This document shows positions 41,030 to 53,573 of a stretch of DNA of 64,000 nt, piece by piece. Both the position numbers and the translations under genes were made by a program. This stretch comes from Utricularia gibba. Taxonomy: Eukaryota; Plantae; Magnoliophyta. Location: the NCBI GenBank assembly GCA_002189035.1, contig NEEC01000004.1, forward strand, positions 4,340,001 through 4,404,000, written 5' to 3'. Under the pieces are notes generated by a model, which did not search any database, had not been told where the DNA came from, and saw only the letters and a list, made by a program, of their open reading frames with translations. Every line of letters starts with the position of its first letter. Position 1 is the first letter of the stretch.

Positions 41030-42661
41030 ATTTCTAAAAGTTATATTTAGTTTTTTTAAAACTTTTGAATTTCATTTCATTTGATATGATATTTTAATTG
41101 ATTCGACATTAAATACAAGTGAAATTAATTTATATAAAATGAGTGATTTTAAAAAAAAGTGTTATTTATAAAATATTATTCATAAAATTACATATAATAT
41201 TATGAAAATTTCTATAATAAAACAATTAAATTGAAAATTTTTTCTAGTACATATGATATTTTATCATCATATAATTAACTTAACCATGTTTTAAATAGTT
41301 TTGTATTTCAATGTTAACATGAAAATAGTATTAAATATTATAAAAGTAGATGAAATGAATTAATAATTCAAAAAATAAATACATTATGTTTTAATAATTT
41401 TCAATTCTATAGCTATTAATCACAATTTTATAGAACTTCAAAGCCTAAATACTAATATTTATATATATTTAATTGGTCTACCAAAAGGCAGCCGCCAAAA
41501 GTAATAACACAAATCTCCTACCTCTAATACCAGCATCTGTTTCTTCAAAGTCAACCTATTGACAAGGGGCGTAATAGTAAATGTAAATGTAAATATGGGC
41601 CCCACTATTATTTATGACGTAATTTTAAATGCTGATTACGCATTTTTTAAAGGAGATTTAAGTAAGAAAAGATGATTGTAATATAAAAACAATAGAAAGA
41701 ATATAGAAATTAAATAATCTATATTTTCTGAATTTAAAAAAAACGAAACCTAAAGTGGGGGAGAAATTTATAAGCTTTCCCCGTTTCAACGGTTACGCCA
41801 ACAGTTTGAAGCAGCGCCGCGTTTCTGGTTTCGTTTTTCTTCTGCGCGTGGCTCCATTTTTTCCGTTACTGTTGAAAATCCGATTTCAGTGGTACCTCTT
41901 TCCATGGTCTTTTCCTCTTCTTCTCTCTGGTTACCGTTTTTTTCGTCTTGATGTCTAATGGGTGCAGTTTCTGATTAGTTTATCGGTAGTTCTAGTTTTT
42001 TCGGATCTTCGGGTATTCGCAAGTTTCATGCACCAAGTATTGAAATTTACCCAAGCAACCAAAATTTTCTTCTTTTGATCATTTTTGGGAATCAGGGAAG
42101 ATTTAATCTTTGGGGCATATGTTGTTAGGATGTCGCCTTTTGTGTTCCTTTTCTGGGGTTGTATTGATCTTTCCGAGTTTCTAGTTGAGGCTCAGATGGC
42201 TGTTAGTTATGCGTTGGTTGGGGATAAATGTAAATGGGGATTTTGTTGTATTAAGTGCTGTATTAGGCGCTTGAATCGTCATTTTCGCTGTTCATCCCCT
42301 GTCATGCTTTCACGTGGCTTCCTGTTAAGATTGTGGTTTCTTGTTGTTTTACAGCTTGTTTCTTTTTTGTTTTTCTATAGCTTTTTAGAGGTTCTGCTGC
42401 GTCTTATGCCCCTTCAGGGGCCATACTTGAGACCATACTTGAAACATGGGCCAGCCTCACTTTTCCCGTCCCAATTGAATTTTGAATTTTCTCTTCTGCT
42501 GCCCATTCGTTTTTGTCCTCTTACTTTCACTTTGACTAACAGATGAATTCCTATGCTTCTTCGTTCTTCTTATACTGCAGATTCAGGATTAGAAAAGCTA
42601 GCAGTGAAGAATTGATGCCAAATTTTTGGTTTGGCTTTTTGGGTAAAAGAGGATATTTCTC

Positions 42662-44894
42662 ATGTTGGGATTGACAAGGACGAGAGCACATCAGAGGTCC
42701 AGTAGATCTATGTCATTAGGTTGTTTCCTTGGGATGCATTTTTGCTTTTTTCCCTTGTGTTATTTTTTTGTGTCGGCTGTTGTATTATCTCTCCCATAGG
42801 ATTTGTATTTGGATACTGATGATCTTCAATCCCTTTTCAGGCATGGATTTCTCAGAACCGAAGAAGAGAAGTGGAATCTGTGGGCGAATCCTTATGGTTT
42901 CGACTCTTATAACGTTGTGCATTCTCATGCTTAACCAGTCCCCAAGTTTTAGTTACCCCAGCCAAGTAATTTCCTTTTTTGAATTGATGTTGCTTCATGT
43001 GCTGTTCCTTTTTAGGTTTTGAATCCTTTTTCAGCTGGCATCCTGGTTATTTTGGAGCAATTCTGTGTAGTAATCTCTGATTTCTTTATTCAGTTCTCTA
43101 TGCATGTGCCTGGTGTCCCCCATATCTTAGTCACTGGAGGCGCTGGTTACATAGGTTCACATGCTGCTCTGCGGCTCCTGAAGGATTCTTATCGTGTTAC
43201 TATAGTGGTATACTTCAACATCAACCTCAACATGTAATTTTTCTTCGATATAAATGTTGTGTCTAACAATGAATTTTTACCTGCAACAGGATAACCTGTC
43301 ACGAGGTAATCTTGGTGCCATTCAGACTCTCCAACAACTCTTCCCTGATCCCAGCAGACTGCAGTTTGTTTATGCTGATCTTGGTGATGCAAAATCGGTA
43401 TTTATGAAGCTGTTATTTCTTATCCCTGGGCCATTAGATGAATTCTTCTCTCACCATACTTTGCGTCCAGGTTCACAAGCTGTTTTCACAAAATGCATTT
43501 GATGCTGTCATGCATTTTGCTGCTGTGGCATATGTTGGGGAGAGTACTCTTGATCCTCTTAAGTAAGTTCTGGTGGTCTTGATCCAGGGCTACTGGTATA
43601 TGGGATGATCTTTATTCAGTGCAGCTTTTTTGTCTCCATTATAATGGTTTCCAATCAGTGCTTTTTGCATGATTTTATTGAGGAAATGTTTTTATCATCT
43701 GTGAATCATGCAAATGAGTGTCAAAGGTTGCCTTGCCTTGACTGTTCATGATTTTATACTTATGTTCAGAGCTGGTGTGAAAGCGATTGTCAAATGATGA
43801 ATGAATATGGTATTAGGTAAGACTGCTTATGTCCTTGTGCACTTTGATTCAACAGATACTACCACAACATTACATCAAACACTCTTTCCCTGCTGGAAGC
43901 TATGGCTGCTCACAGAGTGAAGACATTGATATATTCTAGTACATGTGCTACCTATGGAGAACCTGAAAAGATGCCTATTACTGAAGAAACTCCACAGGTA
44001 AATGCTTAAAGTTGATGAAGGTTGAGTCCTATGGTTAACCATCCTTTTCTCCTGCATTGTGCAGCTTCCAATAAACCCATATGGGAAGGCCAAGAAGATG
44101 GCTGAAGACATTATCCTCGACATGAGCAAAAACTCCGACATGGCAGTCATGATTCTTAGGTTGCTACACGAAAAACATACTTCTGTATGGAAAGGGGCTT
44201 GGTTTTGATGATTATGTTCTGTGCACAAGGTACTTCAATGTGATTGGTTCGGATCCTGAGGGGCAGCTTGGCGAAGCTCCCCGGCCGGAGCTGCGGGAGC
44301 ATGGCCGAATATCTGGTGCATGTTTTGACGCTGCTCGTGGAATCATTCCGGGTCTGAAGGTCTGTCTCCCCACCTCACCTTTCCATCAAACTTGAGGATG
44401 ATCTTTTCCAAACGCATGCCTTCACTGCACAGGTTCGAGGAACAGATTACAACACTGCAGATGGAACGTGCATACGCGATTATATCGATGTTACCGATCT
44501 CGTTGATGCTCATGTCAAAGCTCTGGAGAGGGCTAGGCCTGGTGAAGTGGGAATCTACAATGTTGGCACAGGAAGAGGTGATGAAACCAGGGCTGCTCTC
44601 CAGTTTGGTACATAGATGCTCTTTTCTTACCTGAAATTTATCCAACAGGACGATCTGTCAAAGGTTTGTGGAGGCATGTAAGAAGGCTACCGGGGTGCCG
44701 ATCAGCGTGGAATTCCTCCCCGACGGCCCGGCGACTATGCAGAAGTGTACAGCGATCCGACCAAGATCATGAATGAGCTAAACTGGACAGCAAGATACAC
44801 CAACCTTGAAGACAGTCTGAAGGTGGCATGGAGATGGCAGAAGGCTCACCTGAACGGCTACGAGGGAGCATCGATGCGGCTGTTCTCCACGTAA
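42662..44894 (+). CDS. MUR4: UDP-arabinose 4-epimerase (MUR4/UXE family), 10 exons; two apparent 1-nt deletions in the last exon
   Basis: Exons 42662-42719, 42841-42965, 43094-43207, 43290-43397, 43471-43562, 43856-43997, 44065-44159, 44230-44359, 44433-44577, 44649-44894. TM anchor, [17 protein letters not shown], catalytic [18 protein letters not shown]. Frame breaks at 44663-44664 and 44718-44721. Confidence 0.95.
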
Positions 44895-45202
44895 ATAGTA
44901 CCGAGATCCGTTGTCCAGATCCGCTAACAAAAACATACATGAAATCCAGATTTTGCTGATTCTGAGCTTGATGAAGAAGGGGAGGAAGAAGGAGTTATGA
45001 TTCATTATTCTTTTGCATCTTCTACCATAATCCACATGATGGGGTCGCAGAAATTGGTTGACAGGCAGGTTTCTTGCTTTCTTCCTTCCTTGGTGGGGAT
45101 CTGGACCGGACAATAATGCTTTGTTCTAGTTTACGCCACATATATATATTACAGAAAGATAACCATCCTCACAACTCTGATTACGCTTACCTGCTGCACC
45201 AT
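44858..45202 (-). CDS. Candidate 50-aa three-exon small ORF, antisense-overlapping the epimerase 3' end
   Basis: ATG GTG CAG CAG|GTAAG (45202-45191), 45100-45026 and 44923-44858 join in phase 0 to [50 protein letters not shown]; introns of 90 and 102 nt; site II motifs upstream. Confidence 0.4.
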
Positions 45203-46210
45203 TGATTCTCAGCTTTCAACAAGGCTTGTTGACGGAGTACTTCACACCGGCGGTCCGGCAGCGTGCGACGGCGGGCGTTTTTGTGTGGCGGCGTATCACT
45301 CGATCCGCAGGACCCGTAAATCTTCTTACTCCCATTTTGGGCCGACGATTAAAGACGGACGGTTCAGGCCCATCATGCAGCGGAACATCTTCATTCCCGG
45401 CCTCCGGCCCAGTCCGCGGAATTAATCCTTTTTTTTTCAAATTATTCTTAAAAAAAACTATTAAAAATAATAACATTCAATGTCAAATTTAATCATTCAC
45501 AATTGATTATTAAACAATTCATTGACATAAAAAATCCTTATAATAAAAAAATTATAAAACTTATAAATAAGAGTAAATTACAAGTTAAATCCAAAAATTA
45601 TATTGAAATTATTTTTCAAAATAGAAATTTGGATCTTGAAAAGTAATTTTGAAGAGCATTAAAATAATACAATTTTGGACTTAATTATAATTTATGATTA
45701 AAAATAAATAAAATATGAGCTCCCGTGCCAACTGTCATGTCCGGAGCACGAGGGGTTTTCAACAGACTACTTTTGACTAAGTTAACACGTGCTGAATGAC
45801 GAAATTTATTTATTTCTAACCCCTCCCATTCCACCAAAATTAATTTTCACTCTTCATGGTTAAATTACTGTTTTATTTGCTTATGAGCCAATGAATGGCG
45901 AAACTGAAAGTCATCATTGCTAATTAAATATCCTCGCTAAGATGTCATTATTCGATCTTAATTACGATTAATGAATATTGATATGTAAGTAATCACTTTT
46001 GCACATTTATATCTTCTATCTCATATATTAAAAGAGAGATTTTTCTTTATTTTATAATGTTTTTATTCTGAATGAAACTCTACACTGAGTAAGGTTCTTG
46101 CAGGGAGACAGATTTACAGTAGGATTTGGACAAGCAGAGAAAGAATGTTAAAAAACAGAGTCACAATCAGTAAGAAAAAGACGTGGAAAACTGAACTCAA
46201 ACACTTGCTG

Positions 46211-46887
46211 CTACTGTTTCATTGATTCTTCTGCCTTTTGGGTAGCCTCTTCAAAGCATTTCTGAGAAACGACGCATTTCTCGGCACTGTACAGCTTCTC
46301 TTGAATCAGTGGAGACTGCACAAGCCACTGCATTTCTTCATCCCCTGTTCCGTTCCCCTGTTTCGAGTTCATGATTTGAAGAACGCCAACTTGTGCTTCC
46401 AAGAACTTGATGTATTTGTAAGCAGCTCTGAGCATGTCCGCAGTATTCATCTTGTGACCCCCGGGTACCAATTTCCCGAGCTCATGAGTCCGCTCCGATA
46501 TCTTCCGCCGTCTCCGTCGCGCCGCAGCGCTCTGAGTTGAAACCACTGACTGCTCCTTCTGCGGCGCTGCGAATTCCGGTGTATCCGGAAAGGACGCATC
46601 GAAGCACAGAGATGGGAAGTGGAAACCATCGTTGAATTGCCCATTCTCGTAGCCCTTGAAGAACTCAAAGTCTTGATCAAAGAAAAATGGCTCCGGTTGG
46701 TGTTCAGATTTCGGTTCCTGGAAGAAGGCGAGGCTATCAGGAGGAGTAACTGTAAATGGGAGGTCGGAGAAAATGGAATCGACGCAGAAACAGTCGGGGA
46801 AGCAGACCGATTCCGGGGCACCTCTAGGACGCTCATTTCAGGGCCAATGGCTGCGCAGTTGGAGTGCCCAAAGCTACTCAACGCCAT
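46211..46887 (-). CDS. bHLH transcription factor (bHLH52/53-like), intronless; apparent 1-nt deletion at 46815-46818
   Basis: MALSSFGHSN start; STQSAAARRRRRKISERTHELGKLVPGGHKMNTADMLRAAYKYIKFLEAQVGVLQ; LVQSPLIQEKLYSAEKC. The 677-nt span is one base short of a whole codon number, and the bHLH frame has an upstream TGA and no Met. Confidence 0.88.
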
Positions 46888-48554
46888 TGAGGAAGAAGCA
46901 GAACAGAGCAAAAAGTGTCAACTGAGGCTGGCTGGCTACACACTTGACAGTGAAAAAAAATAACTGCCTAGAAGTTACTTCACCTGTTTAACTCACCTAA
47001 TTATTAGGATGTCATGATGAGTATTTTTAGGGTATTTAGTTTTCTTTCTCTAACCGCTTTTCACTTATTTTTATCAAATTACAATTCACCACCCGCAAGT
47101 CATAAAATATATCTGCGACTCCTCCCTTTTTCCCATAATTACCAATTAGTCCTCTGTTTTTTTTTTCAAAAACCGTGTGCGACAGCAACAGCATAGCTGT
47201 CAATCAACATGTCGGGAAATATACCATTTTAATGTATAATTTCATTTAGTCACATGTCATCCCAAAATAGTAAATGATGAACCATATCCAAATTATAGCC
47301 GCAATTACCATTGTCGAAAAATAATATCACATTAAATTATATTTATGAGATAATATAGTAGCATATGATTTTTTTTTTAGAATTTTTCATTTTATAGTAA
47401 GTCTGAAATTCCAAATTGGACTGGTACCAAATTATATAATTAAAAAAATTATTTATTTAAGTATATTTTTAAAATTATAAACATAGACTTGGTGTAACGC
47501 GTATTGTAGTGTGTTCTCCCTTGGAAGGCACCTCAGTCTTGGTTTCTAAGGGTGTAGAAGGAAGGATGTTGCTTAGTCATTAATCATGTTCCTTTCCCGC
47601 TAAGAAATATAATATATTTTTCAAATTATTATCTGTAATTTCTTGAGTTCTTTCTATTTTAAAAACGAATTTGAATCTATTATCTGATTAATTCGGAAAA
47701 TATTTTTATAATACATTGAAATAAATTAAATAATTTTCATTTAGTCTTTAAAAATACTATTTAAACAAATTAAGCGCATTTTTAAAAGTCACACAAAGGG
47801 CCCCTCAGAGTGGAAATTGAGATGTCGAGAAAGTCAGCGGTCCAAGACACGGAATTTCCAGTCTTAAGAACAACCAAAACACGCAATTGCCATTTTTATT
47901 TTTCTTTTTTAAATTGGAAAAATACAACGCGCCATCGTTATCCATTCTAGAATGGTTGGATTGTATTGCCTTTGTGGGTGCAACCAGATACTCTTTTTTT
48001 TTACTTTGTAAATAAATGTCACTATCAGTTACTATTATTTTCTAATTTGTATGGTTTTACATTTTTTAAAAAATATATTATATAAAATTGATTTGACTTG
48101 GTACATATAACTAAAAGTCATGTTTGTATAATGAAGTACAGAATTGGTTTTTGCATAATTGATATATGTTTATACAGAATTAAATTGATTTTTAAAAATT
48201 AATTATCGTAGAATAAAATCAAACCATATTTTGTAACTAATGAAATGATTTTCCAAAACAAATAGGCAAACTTTAATTACTTTTAGCTTTTTAAAATAAA
48301 TAAATAAATTAATTGGTCATTTGTTTTTTTTTTTTTATCTCCATTAAAACGTGTCTTCGGAAAGTAAAGCCCTAGTTAAAAGGCTAGGCCTAGAAAACAG
48401 TCCAATGATGGAGTAGAAAACTAATTATCTTTTAAGAAAATGGTATTCATGGGGTGAGGGGAAAACAAGTGGCGGTTAGGGCGGAGGCCACTACGCAGAA
48501 TGTGTGTATAAATATAGAAGGGTGGAGGGGATAAATGGAGGCAAGCCAGAGAAG

Positions 48555-50117
48555 ATGAAGGGGATGCTTGTGAGTTTAATCGTCTGCCTTCTGTCGGCGA
48601 TGTGCGGCTGCGCCGGGGTTTACGATTCTTTTGGTGCGTGTCTGTCGGAGAATAATGTTTCGCGGGAGAGGATTTCGGCGATAGTTTACGGTCCGCAGAA
48701 CCCGAGATTTGAGAATGTTTTGGATTCGGGGTTCGGAATCTCCGGTTCAACCTCACGACCACCAGGAAGCCCAGCCTCATCGTCGCGCCGACGACGGAGG
48801 CGGAAGTTGCTGCGGCGGTGGTTTGCTCCAAGAAACTGGGATTGCAGATTAAGATCCGGAGCGGGGGCATGACTACGAGGGGGTTTCTTACGTTTCTGAT
48901 AACGAATTCGTGATTCTTGATATGTTTAATTTCCGGTCCATCAACATTGATATGACCGACGCGACGGCGTGGGTGGGTGTTGGAGCTTATTTGGGTGAAC
49001 TCTACTACAGGATTTGGGAGAAAAGTAAGGTGCACGCATTTCCGGGCGGCGTTTGCCCCACCGTCGGCGTCGGTGGTCATATCAGCGGCGCTGGTTATGG
49101 GAACTTGATGAGGAAGCACGGCCTTACGGTCGATCATGTTATCGACGCGCGTGTTGTCGACGCGAATGGGCGGATTTTGGACCGGAAGGGGATGGGGGAA
49201 GATTTGTTTTGGGCTATTCGCGGCGGCGGCGGTGGCAGTTTCGCCGTCATTTTATCATACAGAATAAGACTTGTTCCAGTTCCGGCAACGGTGACTGTTT
49301 TCCGTCTGGACAGATTCTTCGACAACAACGCGGCGGAGGCTGTTTTCCAGTACCAGCAAGCCGTCACCACAATCGACGACAATCTCTTCATCAGGGTTCT
49401 TCTTCAGCCGGTGACTGTAAACAGGCAACGAGTACTCCGAGCAACTTTCATTGGCCAGTTCCTTGGAGGCGCCGACCAGCTTGTCTCCATCACGGCCGCC
49501 GGGTTCCCCAAATTGGGTCTCAATAGAACAGATTGCCAAGAAATGCCGTGGATCAATTCAGTTCTTTTCTGGGGAAATTTCGACCCTAGTAGTACTTCCC
49601 CTACCGTTCTTCTCAGCAGAGTCCCAGACCGCGTCAGATTCCTGAAACGAAAATCCGATTACGTCAGAACTCCGATCTCCGTTTCCGGCCTTCAGTCCAT
49701 CTTCAGGAAAATGGTGGAAATCGGAAGAGTGGGCCTTGTTCTCAACTCCTACGGCGGAGTAATGGACCGCATCCCAGAATCTGAAACTCCTTTCCCCATC
49801 GGAGAGGTACCCTCTTCAAGATCCAGTACTCTGTAACCTGGGACGAAGTAGGAGATGCCGCTGCTCAGAGATACATCAACAACACCAGAGTTCTTCACAG
49901 TTTCATGACTCCATTTGTTTCCAGTAATCCCAGACGAGCGTATCTCAACTACAGAGATTTGGACATTGGAACCTCGGACAACACCTACAGCAAAGGGAGA
50001 GTCTATGGATTGCAGTATTTCAACACCAATTTCGACAGATTGGTTCAGATCAAGACCAGAGTTGACCCTGATAATTTCTTCAGAAATGAACAGAGTATCC
50101 CCACTCTGAGGTCCTAG
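48555..50117 (+). CDS. Berberine-bridge-enzyme-like FAD oxidase, intronless; three apparent 1-nt deletions
   Basis: Signal peptide; RSGGHDYEG (FAD His), GVCPTVGVGGH (FAD Cys), GEDLFWAIRGGGGGSF, LKRKSDYV, PFPHR, RAYLNYRDLDIG, DPDNFFRNEQSIP. Breaks at 48728-48731, 48863-48867 and 49794-49797. Confidence 0.94.
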
Positions 50118-50316
50118 TTCTAATGGATCATGAAGCTCCTGTAATAATATATGTTTATGTGTTTTCTCATTACGTGTCCATAGAAGAAATCCATTCTAAA
50201 AGTTGATGTTATACATCCAAACCAATTGAATTACACAGTGAACAAAGGTGCTAACAAATGGTGGGCATCATATGGTGGGGAATAGCTACTGCTTCTGCAT
50301 TTTAAAAGCAAGATCA

Positions 50317-51454
50317 TCAATGACTCTTGTTCTCTGCCGCAGGCACCTTGGATGGAGGCAGAGTTCCAAAAACGTCGTCCCAGAAGGCGGAAGTGATGCC
50401 AAAGCCTTTGTTCTGAATGCGGAAATGGTGACTCAGGTGGTACTTCTGCAAAACAAAGGAGGGAAGCAAAGTTTAGAACTCTGATTGGTGCATTCAGTAA
50501 TGGTCTGCTTACTGACCTTGAGGTTCTTCACGATGTAGCTGGTTGGCTGTCCGTGGTGCAAGAAGTAATGAGTTATATCGTAGAGGACGTAGCCGAGCAA
50601 GCCGCCCCCAAACAAACAAGGGGTGGTTGATGGAGTAGTGAGTAGCTTCATCAAACCCCAGATCTGCAATTCACAGTTGGGAAATTAGCAACATTATGTC
50701 TGAGCAGAGCTAGACAGAAGGCTAGGCAAAGGAATCTCACTGGAAATAAGAGAATGGCGGTTGCGGCCGGAGGAAAACAAGGCGGAGACCATCCATAGGG
50801 TGTTTATGATGGCAACCATGGAGAAGATAATGCACTGTGTTGCCCCTGGAAATTGGTTTCAACATGTTATCTTAGGAGCTCAGAATGTTCAAAGTTAACA
50901 GGATCATGGTAAACCAACCAATAAGTCCTGGTCTGGATGTGGAAGAGGAACCGATGTAAGACATATTCGAGCAATGTCCACACAGAAATGCCGAATGCTG
51001 TCATTAGGAACATCTGAGGAGCTGTGCAGCCAAGACTAATGGATCTCGAGAGAGACCATCCCACAACAGGGAGCCAAATAAGGGGAATTACCCACCAGCG
51101 AGTCCGAGTTAGGAACTATTGACAAAACAACACATTGTGAACATGAAAATTAACCTAAATGCAGTTGAAAAGTAAGTCTATGAAGAAATCATCCAGACCT
51201 CTAACAATTCATTCTCGAAAAATCGAGGGTTTTCCTTGGTCACAATAGGCTGATGAACCCATTCCTGATAAGCCTCACCAAGATGGCCAACCTAAACAAG
51301 ATTGATGTAAATGGAACTGGGTAAGTTCTTGGAAGCATTTTCCTCAGCAGTATTCTCCAAATGTTTAGCAACAAGTACACGAACGACGGATGTATGCTCT
51401 AACCTGAAAAACCAAGGGTTTACTCAAATCCACAGTGAAGCCCTCAGCAACCAT
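50317..51454 (-). CDS. FAH1: Sphingolipid fatty acid 2-hydroxylase, 6 exons; apparent 1-nt deletion at 50772-50777
   Basis: Exons 51454-51404, 51291-51199, 51115-50919, 50845-50741, 50663-50517, 50445-50317. MVAEGFTVDLSKPLVFQVGHLGE; His boxes LHRFLFH, HGCHHKHP, THYFLHH, HLSHH. FAH1 versus FAH2 is not resolved. Confidence 0.93.
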
Positions 51455-51837
51455 TTTCACGCGAACGCAAATGCTGCAATTCAAGAAAAGTAACTACAAT
51501 CATACACTGCATACACAGATCATTCAGCGAGAAAAGAAGAGAAACCCAGATCGGGAATCCGAAAATTGGACGGACAAAAAAAGAAGAGATCCGAGGAAGA
51601 GAAGCATTCATTACCCAGAGAAATGTGGGAAAATATCTGAACACCCGCCACCGCAAAGGTTTTTTGGAGAAGCGGAAACAGGGACTAAAAACAGGCATCA
51701 TTCATTGGAAGGAGATAGCGAGGCGAGCCCTCGTGATTGCATGTTGGAGAGGTCCCACGACGAATGTCCGTCAGGCAAACCCTGTCTGGTCGTCTCACGG
51801 GACACCATGGCCACCATCTCCATTCTCTCTTCCTCTA

Positions 51838-51896
51838 GGCCCAATCATGGCCCACTACACATTTATAGCGGCCCAACCTAACTTCTTGATGGCCCA
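51838..51896 (-). promoter_or_regulatory. Cluster of four site II motifs upstream of FAH
   Basis: GGCCCA at 51838, 51849, 51870 and 51891. Confidence 0.6.
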
Positions 51897-52127
51897 TTTA
51901 TAAAGAAATATTATTTTCTAAAAGAATTTATTTACATTATTGACCACATAAACCATCAGTTTCAGTGGTCTCTTCGTGGTGATGTCCCAAATCCCATATC
52001 TTGTATTCTGGAATGGTGGTTCATGTGGTTCCTATGTAGAAAAATGACGATCATCATCAAAAACATCAACCAATCTACGACGAAAACGTCGTCGTTGTTA
52101 CCTTGAGGTTACTGAGACACCCCTTTC

Positions 52128-52890
52128 AATGGCTTCCCATAGTGCAGACGAATAGGGTGAGGGTGAAACGAAGTCTGATCATGTTCCAAGGCTGATATGG
52201 ATCAGCCATTGAGCTCGTGTTGAACAGTTGAAGAAGCACAAAGCAGTGGTTTGGTGATGGCTTTGCATACATGGGGTGCTTGTGATGGCAGCCATGGATG
52301 AGGTAGTGCAGACTGTTGCCCCTGCTATTGTGTATGTTTGTACTAGAAATAAGACAGGTGAAGAAGAGGAAGAGGATAGGCAAACCAGTAGCTTTTGGTT
52401 TTCATGTGGAATGTAAACCTATGCAACCAGTACTCCAGCAATGTCCATAGAACCATGCCGGAAAACACTGTGCCTGCTACATGGCTGGCTCCCCTGGAGC
52501 CCATCTCCGATTGATGCCTTAACAAACCAGCAGGCCACCGGAATCCAGACGATGGGAACCACCCACCACGGAGTTCCAGTCAAGAACTGTGAATGCCATC
52601 GATTTCGTTGCAGGAACAAGTGATGGTCTATACACAGTGAACATGGTGTTTGTTGCAGGAACTTTACCTCGAACACATTGTTTTGGAAGAACCAAGGCCT
52701 TTGTTGACGATAGGTTGGTGAACCCATTTATCGTAGGAATCTCGGGGATACCCAACAAGTTGACTAAATGTAGCAGTAAAACTACAGCAAAACAATGAGA
52801 ATGACAGAAAAAATCAACATACGCGTAATAGCAGACCTGAGACACAAGAGATTTGTCTAAGGCAACCATGAATGCATGATAATCAACCAT
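52128..52890 (-). pseudogene. Decayed tandem duplicate of the fatty acid 2-hydroxylase
   Basis: MVDYHAFMVALDKSLVSQ, DSYDKWVHQPIV, PWFFQNNVFE, FLTGTPWWVVPIVWIP, EYWLHRFTFHMKTKSYW, GNSLHYLIHGCHHKHPM. The exon-2 AG acceptor is absent, there are frameshifts of both signs, DxLRLVFPP is missing and the distal His boxes are absent. Confidence 0.78.
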
Positions 52891-53573
52891 GTCTGGAATG
52901 GAACTTTCAGATAACAAGATTGAAAAAGAAAAACATCAAACCCTTACCTGAGCAGATTCTTCAATGTAAAATCCAAGTTTCTGGTTGAAAGACCATAACC
53001 CGCATCGAAAAAAGACACATTTTACATCAATGAAAACACACCATGGAGCAGTGCAAGTCTCTTGTTTCCAAATTCGCAGAAAGGGTAACGGAGATTGTGG
53101 GTTTCCAGAAATATAACCGAAATTTATGGTTGAGAAGGGGGGATTTCAAATTTGTAATGAGAAATGAGAACGTTTCATCTGTACCGAAATCAAAGGGTGA
53201 ATGGCTTGGACCCAATACCGCCAATGATTCTTCTGTCTGTCCGTACAGATCAAGGAAACCCGCCCCTGATGAACAGAATCCTCATCGTCTATTTGGATGA
53301 TATTTCTTGGGCTTTTTCGAGTTCAAAAAGTTACGCTGATTCACTTTATCTCCCACAACCACACGATTCAAAGATTGGAACTTTTCCCCCAAAAATATCT
53401 ACCAAAAGAGAGACTTTATGTCAAATGATCCATTGACAGAAGCTGGAAAACAGCAAGGCAGTAAAATAACAACTTGTATTCTACATAACTTTGTAGTTTG
53501 TACACCTTCCGGACAGATAACAAGCACAAAGATAGAAGCTTTGGCGATGAAGGAATGAACTTCCCTGTAAAAT

